From a phage: 64,000 bases of DNA. The notes beneath the pieces are model-generated. The model searched no databases. It saw only the letters and a list, made by a program, of their open reading frames with translations, and was not told where the DNA came from. The DNA lies in sequence record PZ386958.1; one strand, given 5' to 3'. Made by a program: the position numbers and the translations under genes. Of the stretch, positions 57,110 to 63,593 are shown piece by piece. The stretch's first letter is position 1, and each line of letters begins with the position of its first letter.

Positions 57110-58486
57110 ATGAGCGAATTATTTAAACATGCGCACCTTCATGCAGGTCGAACTGAAAATGGTGCTGTAAACCATACTTCATCAATGTCTGCTCTTGTAG
57201 ACTTTTACAAAGCTGCTGGTTCAAGCCGTAGCAACGTAGAAATCTTACCAGACCTGTTCTACAAAGCTTTGCGTGAGGATGTTGATGTTGCAGTTCGTAT
57301 TTTGCTTCATATGCGAGATGTGCGAGAAGGTATGGGTGAGCGTAAAGCCTTCAGAACTGTTTTGCTTCAAGCAATTGAAGATAAAGTTTTAGAGCCTACA
57401 CAGGTTCTTCGCATTATGGATAAGATTGCAGAACTTGGTCGTTTTGATGACTTCAAAATCTTCGTAGGTACTCGTTTCGAGACGGATGCCTTCAAACATT
57501 TAGAAGCAGCATTACTAGACCCTGCAACAGCAGGTTTGGCAGCTAAGTGGTTACCACGAGTCAAACCACGTCATAAGCAGTTTGTAAAACGTTTCTGCAA
57601 GTTTGCCAACTTGAGTGAGAAAGAGTACCGCACACTGTTATCTGCACTGTCTGATACAGTTGAGCAAAAAATCTCTGCTAATGAGTTTGGTAAGATTGAC
57701 TACAGCAAGATTCCTTCACTTGCTGCTGCACGTTACCAAAAACTGTTTAACCGTAAAGATGGAGAACGCTACAAAGCTTATATTGAGTCTTTATCAAAAG
57801 GTGAGGCTAAGATTAACGCTGGTGCTGTTTACCCATACGATGTGATTAAGTCTATCAAGCATGGTAATGCAGATGTTGCCAATGAGCAGTGGAAAGCACT
57901 ACCAAACTGGATGGCAGAAGGTGAGAACATCTTGTGTATGACTGATGTTTCAAGCTCAATGTCTTGGGTGAATCTTGGCTCAATCACCGCCCTTGATATT
58001 GGTGTATCACTTGCCTTGTATGTAGCAGAACGCAATACAGGCTGCTTTAAGAATGAGTTAATGGTTTACTCAACAAACCCTCACTTCATCGAACTGAGTG
58101 GTGATTTACGAAATCGTCATCGTCAGGTGATGCGACACGTTGAATATGGTTCAACTAACTTACAAGCAGCTTTTGACCGCATTCTTGAGGTAGGTAAGAG
58201 AAACAACTTGACTCAGAAAGATATGCCAAGTAAGCTTATTATCTTCTCTGATATGGAGTTCAATCAGGTTGATGGTGCAAATGGTCGTACAAACTTTGAA
58301 GCAATTCAGAGTAAGTACAAAAAAGCTGGATACGAAATGCCTCAACTGGTATTCTGGTACTTAGCAAACCGTAATGGTACTTGCGAAGTGTCTGTTAAGG
58401 ATAACGGTGTAGCAATGGTATCAGGGTTCTCTCCAGCCACTTTAAAAGCTCTGCTTGGTGGTGAGAAGTTTGACCAATCAGCGTAA
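57110..58486 (+). CDS. von Willebrand factor A (vWA) domain protein with N-terminal helical domain (possible TROVE/Ro60-like or DUF2828-like)
   Basis: 458 aa; MIDAS motif DVSSS in LCMTDVSSSMSW; N-terminal 270 aa helical; directly upstream of tRNA cluster. Confidence 0.45.
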   Translation: MSELFKHAHLHAGRTENGAVNHTSSMSALVDFYKAAGSSRSNVEILPDLFYKALREDVDVAVRILLHMRDVREGMGERKAFRTVLLQAIEDKVLEPTQVLRIMDKIAELGRFDDFKIFVGTRFETDAFKHLEAALLDPATAGLAAKWLPRVKPRHKQFVKRFCKFANLSEKEYRTLLSALSDTVEQKISANEFGKIDYSKIPSLAAARYQKLFNRKDGERYKAYIESLSKGEAKINAGAVYPYDVIKSIKHGNADVANEQWKALPNWMAEGENILCMTDVSSSMSWVNLGSITALDIGVSLALYVAERNTGCFKNELMVYSTNPHFIELSGDLRNRHRQVMRHVEYGSTNLQAAFDRILEVGKRNNLTQKDMPSKLIIFSDMEFNQVDGANGRTNFEAIQSKYKKAGYEMPQLVFWYLANRNGTCEVSVKDNGVAMVSGFSPATLKALLGGEKFDQSA

Positions 58487-58540
58487 TGCTCAAAGCAGTA
58501 ATGATTGACCGTTATATCTGGTAAAAAGTTTTAAAAAGGG

Positions 58541-58575
58541 TATTGACAATGTGTTTAATACCCTTTAATATGTTC
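58541..58575 (+). promoter_or_regulatory. Promoter-like element (gggtattgacaatgtgtttaataccctttaatatg)
   Basis: TTGACA then TAATAT-like box at appropriate spacing upstream of tRNA cluster. Confidence 0.35.
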
Positions 58576-58689
58576 TACATAGAAACGAAATGAGAGCTTT
58601 TCTAAGATACTGAAAAATATTTTAAAAAAGTTCTTGACAACCACTAAAAAATAATGTTAAAGTGGTTACATAGAGTTTGAAAAGTTTAT

Positions 58690-58766
58690 CTCTGTTTAGC
58701 TCAGCTTGGTAGAGCGTTCCGTTTGGGGCGGTAAGGCCGGAGGTTCAAGTCCTCCAACAGAGACCA
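58690..58766 (+). tRNA. tRNA-Pro (anticodon TGG)
   Basis: Acceptor CTCTGTT/AACAGAG, T-arm GGAGG-TTCAAGT-CCTCC, loop TTTGGGG, 3' CCA encoded. Confidence 0.6.
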
Positions 58767-58773
58767 AATTAAT

Positions 58774-58851
58774 GTTCCAGTAGACAAAATGGTATAGTCA
58801 CCACTCTTTCAAAGTGGATATCTGAGGGTTCAAATCCCTTCTGGAACGCCA
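58774..58851 (+). tRNA. tRNA-Glu (anticodon TTC)
   Basis: Acceptor GTTCCAG/CTGGAAC, anticodon stem CCACT/AGTGG loop CTTTCAA, T-loop TTCAAAT, CCA encoded. Confidence 0.6.
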
Positions 58852-58857
58852 GTTTTG

Positions 58858-58931
58858 ACAGAAGACCAATTACAGCAAACTTAATCTTATTCATCTGAAG
58901 GTAAATCGGACAAAGAAGAGATTTGGTCTGG
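58858..58931 (+). ncRNA. Bracket stem-loop element a (ACAGAAGACCaatTACAGCAA ... tTTGGTCTGG)
   Basis: 5' AGACCAA pairs with 3' TTGGTCT; conserved TACAGCAA; one of four copies with compensatory changes. Confidence 0.45.
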
Positions 58932-58942
58932 TCATTAAGAAT

Positions 58943-59019
58943 TGCGGGTATAGAGAAAGGGCGTCTCACATGTCTCATTAGCATGGTATCGGCAGGTTCG
59001 ACTCCTGCACCCGCCTCCA
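58943..59019 (+). tRNA. tRNA with CAT anticodon (Met or Ile-lysidine)
   Basis: Anticodon stem CATGT/GCATG loop CTCATTA; T-arm GCAGG-TTCGACT-CCTGC; 1-72 mismatch; CCA encoded. Confidence 0.5.
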
Positions 59020-59024
59020 AATTT

Positions 59025-59090
59025 ACAGAAGACCGTTTACAGCAATATTTATTAAATTTTTAGCGGAAAAATTGAAAGATACGGTCTGGT
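59025..59090 (+). ncRNA. Bracket stem-loop element b
   Basis: ACAGAAGACCGTTTACAGCAA ... ACGGTCTGG; AGACCGT pairs with ACGGTCT. Confidence 0.45.
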
Positions 59091-59102
59091 AATACTAAAC
59101 AT

Positions 59103-59179
59103 GGTTAGGAAGCACATAAGGTATGTGCGGTCGCCTGTTAAGCGAATGGCACAGGGTTCGAATCCCTGACTAACCGCCA
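59103..59179 (+). tRNA. tRNA-Asn (anticodon GTT)
   Basis: Loop CTGTTAA; T-arm CAGGG-TTCGAAT-CCCTG; acceptor 3' ACTAACC-G-CCA. Confidence 0.55.
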
Positions 59180-59248
59180 AATTTAGGAGAGAAGCGATTG
59201 CTCACCGATTTGTAAGGTGCAAGTCCTTAGCCTGAATAGAAATTAAAT

Positions 59249-59336
59249 GTGTCGTTATCCCGTAGATGGTAGCGGTGGGGACTGTAAATCCCTTGTCATT
59301 GAGACTCGGTAGGTTCTACTCCTACACGGCACACCA
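59249..59336 (+). tRNA. tRNA-Tyr (anticodon GTA), long variable arm
   Basis: 88 nt; anticodon stem GGGGA/TCCCT loop CTGTAAA; acceptor GTGTCGT/ACGGCAC; CCA encoded. Confidence 0.55.
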
Positions 59337-59341
59337 ATAAA

Positions 59342-59419
59342 GGTTATGTAGTTTAATTTGGTTAAAATACTCCCCTGTCACGGGAGATGATGAGGGTTCA
59401 AATCCCTTCGTAACCGCCA
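59342..59419 (+). tRNA. tRNA-Asp (anticodon GTC)
   Basis: Anticodon stem CTCCC/GGGAG loop CTGTCAC; T-arm GAGGG-TTCAAAT-CCCTT; CCA encoded. Confidence 0.6.
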
Positions 59420-59450
59420 ATTTTGAGAGGGCTATTTAGCCCCTCCCTTA

Positions 59451-59478
59451 AATGGTTCTTACGAGTATCCTTTAAAGG
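59451..59478 (+). ncRNA. Conserved small hairpin GGTTCTTACGAG(T/A)(A/G)TCCTT(T)AAA (copy 1)
   Basis: Second copy at 62447-62474. Confidence 0.3.
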
Positions 59479-59480
59479 AG

Positions 59481-59553
59481 CAGAAGACCAAATACAGCAA
59501 GAACGTATGAAATTTCAAGCCAATTTAATTTTGAAAATTTAAACTTGGTCTGG
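59481..59553 (+). ncRNA. Bracket stem-loop element c
   Basis: CAGAAGACCAAATACAGCAA ... CTTGGTCTGG. Confidence 0.45.
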
Positions 59554-59565
59554 CTCAACAAATTT

Positions 59566-59698
59566 ACAGAAGACCGTCTACAGCAAAACTTAAACAATCT
59601 ATTTCTCCGGTAAAGAAAAGGCGAAGGTTCGATTCCTTCACTCGGCAGATGTCGAGTTGGTGTAATGGTAGCACTTAAGATGATAAACAACGGTCTGG
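59566..59698 (+). ncRNA. Bracket element d enclosing a permuted tRNA-like module (T-arm, acceptor-like hairpin, D-arm); candidate Y-RNA-like ncRNA
   Basis: Closing stem AGACCGT(C)/ACGGTCT; inside: GAAGG-TTCGATT-CCTTC, hairpin ACTCGGC-AGAT-GTCGAGT, then TGGTGTAATGGTAGCAC; no anticodon arm. Confidence 0.45.
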
Positions 59699-59701
59699 TA
59701 A

Positions 59702-59841
59702 TTATCTTTGTAGATAAGTTATTAAGCTTACCTGTGAGTATGCGACCACAAAGGGTGAAAGGGTAAATTCTAGATTTAAACCCAAAAAGGCACATCGCTA
59801 CAGACCTTAAGCAAGTCTGGGTAGCTTATCTACAAAGATAA
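59702..59841 (+). ncRNA. Structured element closed by a perfect 17-bp inverted repeat (TTATCTTTGTAGATAAG / CTTATCTACAAAGATAA)
   Basis: Enclosed ~106 nt has internal hairpins (CAGACCTTAAGCAAGTCTG; AGCTTACC...GGTAGCTT); no ORF. Confidence 0.4.
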
Positions 59842-59847
59842 TTTAAT

Positions 59848-59923
59848 GGAAGTGTAGCAGAATGGTGATGCGGCAGACTTTTAATCTGACAGGCGATGGG
59901 TTCGAATCCCTCCACTTCTACCA
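59848..59923 (+). tRNA. tRNA-Lys (anticodon TTT)
   Basis: Acceptor GGAAGTG/CACTTCT; D-loop AGCAGAATGGTGATGC; loop CTTTTAA; T-loop TTCGAAT; CCA encoded. Confidence 0.55.
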
Positions 59924-59927
59924 AAAT

Positions 59928-60004
59928 GGTTCAGTCGCAGATAAGGTAATGCAGGGGTCTCATAAGCCCTATGAATGTGGGTTCGATTCCCATCTGAACC
60001 TCCA
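59928..60004 (+). tRNA. tRNA with CAT anticodon (second copy; Met or Ile-lysidine)
   Basis: Acceptor GGTTCAG/CTGAACC; anticodon stem GGGGT/GCCCT loop CTCATAA; T-loop TTCGATT; CCA encoded. Confidence 0.5.
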
Positions 60005-60006
60005 AT

Positions 60007-60081
60007 TGTGGGTTAGCATAAATGGTAATGCAAACGGCTGATAACCGTTAGAAGAGGGTTCGATACCCTCACCTACAACCA
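60007..60081 (+). tRNA. tRNA-Ile (anticodon GAT)
   Basis: Anticodon stem AACGG/CCGTT loop CTGATAA; T-arm GAGGG-TTCGATA-CCCTC; CCA encoded. Confidence 0.6.
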
Positions 60082-60095
60082 ATTTCAATAAAGTT

Positions 60096-60130
60096 GTTGA
60101 CATTAAGATGTGACTACTTTATAGTAACCT
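60096..60130 (+). promoter_or_regulatory. Sigma70-like promoter inside tRNA cluster (gttgacattaagatgtgactactttatagtaacc)
   Basis: TTGACA - 17 nt - TATAGT. Confidence 0.5.
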
Positions 60131-60328
60131 TAGTTTTCGTTGCGTAGCGTCTATTTTGCAAATTTAAAATAAATGCAAACGACAATGTTTTTCTGGCAGT
60201 AGCTTGATAGGCTAAACACCAGTGAGGTCTTCCAATCCCTCATCAAAGAATTTGGCGTACTCGCCCACGGTATGATTAATAAGGTGGGCATCTTTAAGGG
60301 CTTTCTAAGAGAGTCTTTAAAGATTAAT

Positions 60329-60403
60329 GCTCCGTTAGTCTAAAGGATAGGCATCTGTCTTCTAAACAGATTGATATAGGTTCGAGTCCTATACGGAGTG
60401 CCA
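60329..60403 (+). tRNA. tRNA-Arg (anticodon TCT)
   Basis: Acceptor GCTCCGT/ACGGAGT; anticodon stem TCTGT/ACAGA loop CTTCTAA; T-loop TTCGAGT; CCA encoded. Confidence 0.6.
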
Positions 60404-60519
60404 TATTTAGAGTGTCTCCAAATGGAGGTGGTCTGTATCTCATGTTTTCCAGAACATGTAAATAATCTGAGAAGGGGCTTTACAGTGTTGAGATAATACG
60501 GTAAGCTTCGAATTATAAT

Positions 60520-60602
60520 ATGGGACGATGTTAAGACTCTAAGGCATGAGCAACGGCTTCCAACACCGTTTCAAAGGGGTTCAACTCCTCCGTCCCATGC
60601 CA
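60520..60602 (+). tRNA. Atypical 83-nt tRNA (possible anticodon CCA, Trp) or tRNA-like gene
   Basis: Acceptor ATGGGAC/GTCCCAT and T-arm AGGGG-TTCAACT-CCTCC clear, CCA encoded; D/anticodon region too long and folds ambiguously. Confidence 0.35.
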
Positions 60603-60615
60603 AAGTCTTATTAGG

Positions 60616-60703
60616 GGTAGGTAGCGGCTAATGGTAGCCAAACTGTCTTGAAAACAGTTGCCACTGTAGAGATACGGTGAGGGTTCGACTCCTTTACTTA
60701 CCG
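60616..60703 (+). tRNA. tRNA-Ser (anticodon TGA), long variable arm; CCA apparently not encoded
   Basis: Anticodon stem ACTGT/ACAGT loop CTTGAAA; long extra arm; T-arm GAGGG-TTCGACT-CCTTT; acceptor 3' ACTTACC-G then CCT. Confidence 0.45.
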
Positions 60704-60859
60704 CCTAATAAGATTTTAAAGCCAAGCTTCATTCGGATGTTGCTTTGGCATCCCTCGTGTTGTCGTACACACTAATAAAGCACCTAGTAGGTGTCATGGA
60801 GAAGAGATAATATCAAGCTCTCCAAAGGTTCTAGTCACCGGATTAAACAAGACTATGCA

Positions 60860-60880
60860 AAGACCAATTTAGGTCTTTTT
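60860..60880 (+). terminator. Hairpin plus T-run (aagaccaatttaggtcttttt)
   Basis: Stem AGACC/GGTCT followed by TTTTT within tRNA cluster. Confidence 0.45.
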
Positions 60881-60959
60881 AGAGGGCTTCTAAGGTTATT
60901 ACAGCTTGTTGTGGAACCTTGTTGCTTAGGTTCTTAGAAGTTCTCTAAAAAGATTTAAT

Positions 60960-61036
60960 GCACCTATAGCCCAACTGGTAGAGGCAGCAGACTTAGAATC
61001 TGCTCAGTGTGAGTTCGAATCTCTCTAGGTGTACCA
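60960..61036 (+). tRNA. tRNA with anticodon TAG (Leu-decoding), short variable arm
   Basis: Acceptor GCACCTA/TAGGTGT; anticodon stem GCAGA/TCTGC loop CTTAGAA; T-loop TTCGAAT; CCA encoded. Confidence 0.45.
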
Positions 61037-61043
61037 AATTAAT

Positions 61044-61119
61044 GCAGGTGTAGCAGAATGGTGATGCGGCTGACTCTTAATCAGTAAGACGATGGGTTCA
61101 ATTCCCTCCACCTGTACCA
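61044..61119 (+). tRNA. tRNA-Lys (anticodon CTT)
   Basis: Paralog of 59848-59923; loop CTCTTAA; acceptor GCAGGTG/CACCTGT; CCA encoded. Confidence 0.55.
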
Positions 61120-61125
61120 AACATT

Positions 61126-61201
61126 GGGGATGTAGTTTACATGGTTAAAACATAAGTTTTGCAAACTTAAGTACAGGGTTCAATTCCCTGCTTCTCCACC
61201 A
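61126..61201 (+). tRNA. tRNA-Ala (anticodon TGC)
   Basis: Anticodon stem TAAGT/ACTTA loop TTTGCAA; G3:U70 wobble in acceptor; T-arm CAGGG-TTCAATT-CCCTG; CCA encoded. Confidence 0.55.
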
Positions 61202-61207
61202 ATTAGT

Positions 61208-61282
61208 GCATCCATAGTTTAAACGGGAAAATTACAGTCTTCCAAACTGAGGTTGAGGGTTCGATTCCCTCTGGATGCTCCA
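61208..61282 (+). tRNA. tRNA-Gly (anticodon TCC)
   Basis: Acceptor GCATCCA/TGGATGC; loop CTTCCAA; T-loop TTCGATT; CCA encoded. Confidence 0.6.
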
Positions 61283-61288
61283 AATAAA

Positions 61289-61365
61289 GCTGCTTTCGTA
61301 TAATTGGCTATTACACATCCCTTGTAAGGATGGAAATGCAGGTTCGAGTCCTGTGAGCAGCACCA
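61289..61365 (+). tRNA. tRNA-Thr (anticodon TGT)
   Basis: Acceptor GCTGCTT/GAGCAGC; anticodon stem CATCC/GGATG loop CTTGTAA; T-loop TTCGAGT; CCA encoded. Confidence 0.6.
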
Positions 61366-61367
61366 AT

Positions 61368-61455
61368 TCAGAGGTCAAGTGAAAGACCGCTGGTGTCAAC
61401 TGAAGACCGTAACAAATTCCACGGAGTTGAGTTAGCGGCACAACTTCAGACCTCT
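61368..61455 (+). ncRNA. Structured non-tRNA element with nested stems (CAGAGGTC...GACCTCT outer stem)
   Basis: Inner pairs TCAACT/AGTTGA and CCGCTG/AGCGG; contains bracket-like GAAGACCG; no ORF. Confidence 0.35.
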
Positions 61456-61460
61456 TTCAC

Positions 61461-61541
61461 ACTCGCTTAGTTTATATGGTAAAACATCACCCTTACAAGA
61501 TGAAGATGAAGAAAAAGGTTCAAGTCCTTTAGTGAGTACCA
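61461..61541 (+). tRNA. tRNA-like gene, atypical (possible anticodon TAC, Val) with enlarged variable region
   Basis: Acceptor ACTCGCT/AGTGAGT, T-arm AAAGG-TTCAAGT-CCTTT, CCA encoded; anticodon stem has a C-A mismatch. Confidence 0.35.
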
Positions 61542-61542
61542 T

Positions 61543-61620
61543 GTTCCAGTATCCCAATTGGCAGAGGATGCAAGCTCAAACCTTGTATTAGTGACGGTTC
61601 GAATCCGTCTTGGAACACCA
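61543..61620 (+). tRNA. tRNA with anticodon CAA (Leu-decoding), short variable arm
   Basis: Acceptor GTTCCAG/TTGGAAC; anticodon stem GCAAG/CTTGT loop CTCAAAC; T-loop TTCGAAT; CCA encoded. Confidence 0.45.
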
Positions 61621-61638
61621 ATTTAAAGAGGCTATTTA

Positions 61639-62196
61639 ATGAGATATTTGAAGTACGCTTCATGGATTTTCTTAGCTTTACTAGACCCAATTGCAGCAAC
61701 CCTAGCAGTTATCTTAGCACCTTTCGTAGTTCCATTCTACAGTGAAAAGAAAGGACACTTACCTTTTGGATTCAGATGGATGGAGACTTATGACAACCCG
61801 ATTGATGGTGATGAAGGCCACGTTAAAAGATGGGCTAAGATTAGAAAGATTGGTAAGCTTGGTGTCTACATGCAGAGAGTTGGATGGCTCTGGAGAAACA
61901 AAGCTTATAACTTCTCTTACCATGTATTAGGAAGAGATGTAAAAGATGTTACTAAGTGGAAAGGTAATATCAACGTAAGTTCTAACCCTGAAGATAATCA
62001 GACTGGTTATCTCCTAATGTGGAACAGTAATGCTTGGGGATTATTCGCTTTTATCCCATCAATTAAAGTCTTTGGTAAACAGTTTTACTGGAGAATTTAT
62101 ATTGGATGGAAACTAAAAAGTGTTGTCCCAGAAGAAAGAGCATTCTCAAGGGAAAGAGTTATGTTGGCATTCTTTATTCATCCACTGAGAAAGTAA
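61639..62196 (+). CDS. Membrane protein embedded in tRNA cluster
   Basis: 185 aa; hydrophobic N-terminus WIFLALLDPIAATLAVILAPFVVPF; flanked by tRNA genes. Confidence 0.45.
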   Translation: MRYLKYASWIFLALLDPIAATLAVILAPFVVPFYSEKKGHLPFGFRWMETYDNPIDGDEGHVKRWAKIRKIGKLGVYMQRVGWLWRNKAYNFSYHVLGRDVKDVTKWKGNINVSSNPEDNQTGYLLMWNSNAWGLFAFIPSIKVFGKQFYWRIYIGWKLKSVVPEERAFSRERVMLAFFIHPLRK

Positions 62197-62204
62197 AGAT
62201 TTAA

Positions 62205-62280
62205 AGGGGATTAGTTTACAAGGTTAAAACCTCGGTCTTTGAAATCGAAGAAGTTGGTTCAATTCCAACATCCCCCGCCA
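62205..62280 (+). tRNA. tRNA-Gln (anticodon TTG)
   Basis: Anticodon stem TCGGT/ATCGA loop CTTTGAA; T-arm GTTGG-TTCAATT-CCAAC; 1-72 mismatch; CCA encoded. Confidence 0.5.
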
Positions 62281-62282
62281 AT

Positions 62283-62361
62283 GCTCCATTACTCCAATTG
62301 GCAGAGAGGCCAGACTTAAAATCTGTGTTATGTATCGGTTCGAATCCGATATGGAGTACCA
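62283..62361 (+). tRNA. tRNA with anticodon TAA (Leu-decoding), short variable arm
   Basis: Acceptor GCTCCAT/ATGGAGT; loop CTTAAAA; T-arm ATCGG-TTCGAAT-CCGAT; CCA encoded. Confidence 0.45.
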
Positions 62362-62366
62362 AATTT

Positions 62367-62442
62367 AGCGGTATAGCATAACTGGCAATGCAGCAGTCTC
62401 TGAAGCTGTCTTATTAAGGTTCAAATCCTTATGCCGCTGCCA
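62367..62442 (+). tRNA. tRNA-Gln (anticodon CTG)
   Basis: Acceptor AGCGGTA/TGCCGCT; loop CTCTGAA; T-arm TAAGG-TTCAAAT-CCTTA; CCA encoded. Confidence 0.5.
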
Positions 62443-62446
62443 CTTC

Positions 62447-62474
62447 TAAGGGTTCTTACGAGAGTCCTTAAATG
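62447..62474 (+). ncRNA. Conserved small hairpin TAAGGGTTCTTACGAGAGTCCTTAAATG (copy 2)
   Basis: Stem TAAGG/CCTTA; same loop as 59451-59478. Confidence 0.3.
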
Positions 62475-62549
62475 TGGCCTTATCATAAATGGTAATGACC
62501 CATGCTGTGAACATGGTCTATACGGGTTCAAATCCCGTAGGTCACCCCA
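62474..62549 (+). tRNA. tRNA-His (anticodon GTG)
   Basis: Acceptor GTGGCCT/AGGTCAC; anticodon stem CCATG/CATGG loop CTGTGAA; T-arm ACGGG-TTCAAAT-CCCGT; CCA encoded. Confidence 0.6.
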
Positions 62550-62554
62550 ATTTA

Positions 62555-62631
62555 TAGTCCAAGTAGCTTATATGGTTAAAGCGCGTGTCTGAAAAACATG
62601 AGAAGAGGGTTCAAATCCCACTGGACTACCA
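62555..62631 (+). tRNA. tRNA-Phe (anticodon GAA)
   Basis: Anticodon stem CGTGT/ACATG loop CTGAAAA; T-loop TTCAAAT; acceptor AGTCCAA/CTGGACT (one mismatch); CCA encoded. Confidence 0.5.
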
Positions 62632-62647
62632 ATTTCAAAGGTGCTTA

Positions 62648-63382
62648 ATGAAAGAGATGACAGAACAAGGTAAGGAGATTTTTAATCTCTTAAAAACCGG
62701 TAGAGGGTTTTCTAATCCCCTTATTACTGGTGCAGCAGTTCTAGGTGGAACCGTGGCTGCCTCTACATCACTTGTAAGCTCTATTAGCTCTGTAACAGAC
62801 CCTACAATAAAGGATAAACTTATTGCTGCTGGACTTACAACAGTTCTGCTTAATAGCTTTACAACGAGTCTGACAAGCACTACATCAACTACTAAGACCC
62901 TAACAGACTATGGTCAAAAGTCTATTGATGAGTTTTCATCACGTATGCAGGTAGCAAAGGGATACTCCAATGTTATGGGTGCAGCAGGAGAACAAGTCGG
63001 TTGTACACCATTCAGTGGTATTATGGGTGTTGCTACAGAGTATGGTCAAAAAGCTATTGATATGATTAACAGTGCACTAGACGGTGTTAATGATGTATTA
63101 AGTGACTTACAAGACGCTATTGACAAAGGTCTTGATACTATTTCTGATTTAGCTAACCAAGCTGTTAGTAAGATTAATGAAGGTATCTCGAAGATTACAG
63201 CTTATGCAGATGAAGTTGTGCAGATGATTGAAGAAGAAGCTGCCCTTATTGCAGAGTACCTTAAAACGAATATCAATGGGTTCTTAGCAGGTATCTTACC
63301 AGACTGGTTTGATGATGCTTGTAAAACTGGTGTAATTGATACTATTGCAACACCAGAAATGAAGAACGCATTACAGAAATAA
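62648..63382 (+). CDS. Hypothetical protein embedded in tRNA cluster (Ser/Thr-rich N-terminal region)
   Basis: Start MKEMTEQGKE chosen downstream of tRNA-Phe (track ORF 62585 would overlap the tRNA); about 244 aa. Confidence 0.45.
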   Translation: MKEMTEQGKEIFNLLKTGRGFSNPLITGAAVLGGTVAASTSLVSSISSVTDPTIKDKLIAAGLTTVLLNSFTTSLTSTTSTTKTLTDYGQKSIDEFSSRMQVAKGYSNVMGAAGEQVGCTPFSGIMGVATEYGQKAIDMINSALDGVNDVLSDLQDAIDKGLDTISDLANQAVSKINEGISKITAYADEVVQMIEEEAALIAEYLKTNINGFLAGILPDWFDDACKTGVIDTIATPEMKNALQK

Positions 63383-63383
63383 T

Positions 63384-63476
63384 GGAAGATTAACCCTAAA
63401 AGGTAAGGGAGCAGTTTGCTAAACTGCCAGTAGCTGAGAAATCGGTGTACCAGTTCAAGTCTGGTATCTTCCTCCA
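63384..63476 (+). tRNA. tRNA-Ser (anticodon GCT), long variable arm
   Basis: Acceptor GGAAGAT/ATCTTCC; anticodon stem GCAGT/ACTGC loop TTGCTAA; long extra arm; T-arm ACCAG-TTCAAGT-CTGGT; CCA encoded. Confidence 0.55.
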
Positions 63477-63480
63477 ATTT

Positions 63481-63556
63481 GAATCCGTGACAGAAATGGC
63501 TATGTGCCTGTCTGCAAAACAGGTTTATAAGGGTTCGAGTCCCTTCGGATTCTCCA
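63481..63556 (+). tRNA. tRNA-Cys (anticodon GCA)
   Basis: Acceptor GAATCCG/CGGATTC (perfect); anticodon stem CCTGT/ACAGG loop CTGCAAA; T-arm AAGGG-TTCGAGT-CCCTT; CCA encoded. Confidence 0.6.
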
Positions 63557-63593
63557 ATTTATTTTACTCTCTCTCAATTAAAATAATAATAAT

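Noticed and set aside
59566-59698. A functional circularly permuted tRNA gene
   Set aside because: The module has T-arm, acceptor-like and D-arm-like parts but no anticodon arm and only a 4-nt loop joining the acceptor strands. It is better described as a tRNA-like structural module (Y-RNA-like or degenerate) than a decoding tRNA.
58769-59795. Track ORFs on the minus strand across the tRNA cluster (58769-59020, 59472-59795, 61232-61441) and plus-strand ORF 61742-61930
   Set aside because: They overlap tRNA genes, structured elements or the better-supported CDS 61639-62196, lack ribosome-binding sites, and look like chance open frames.
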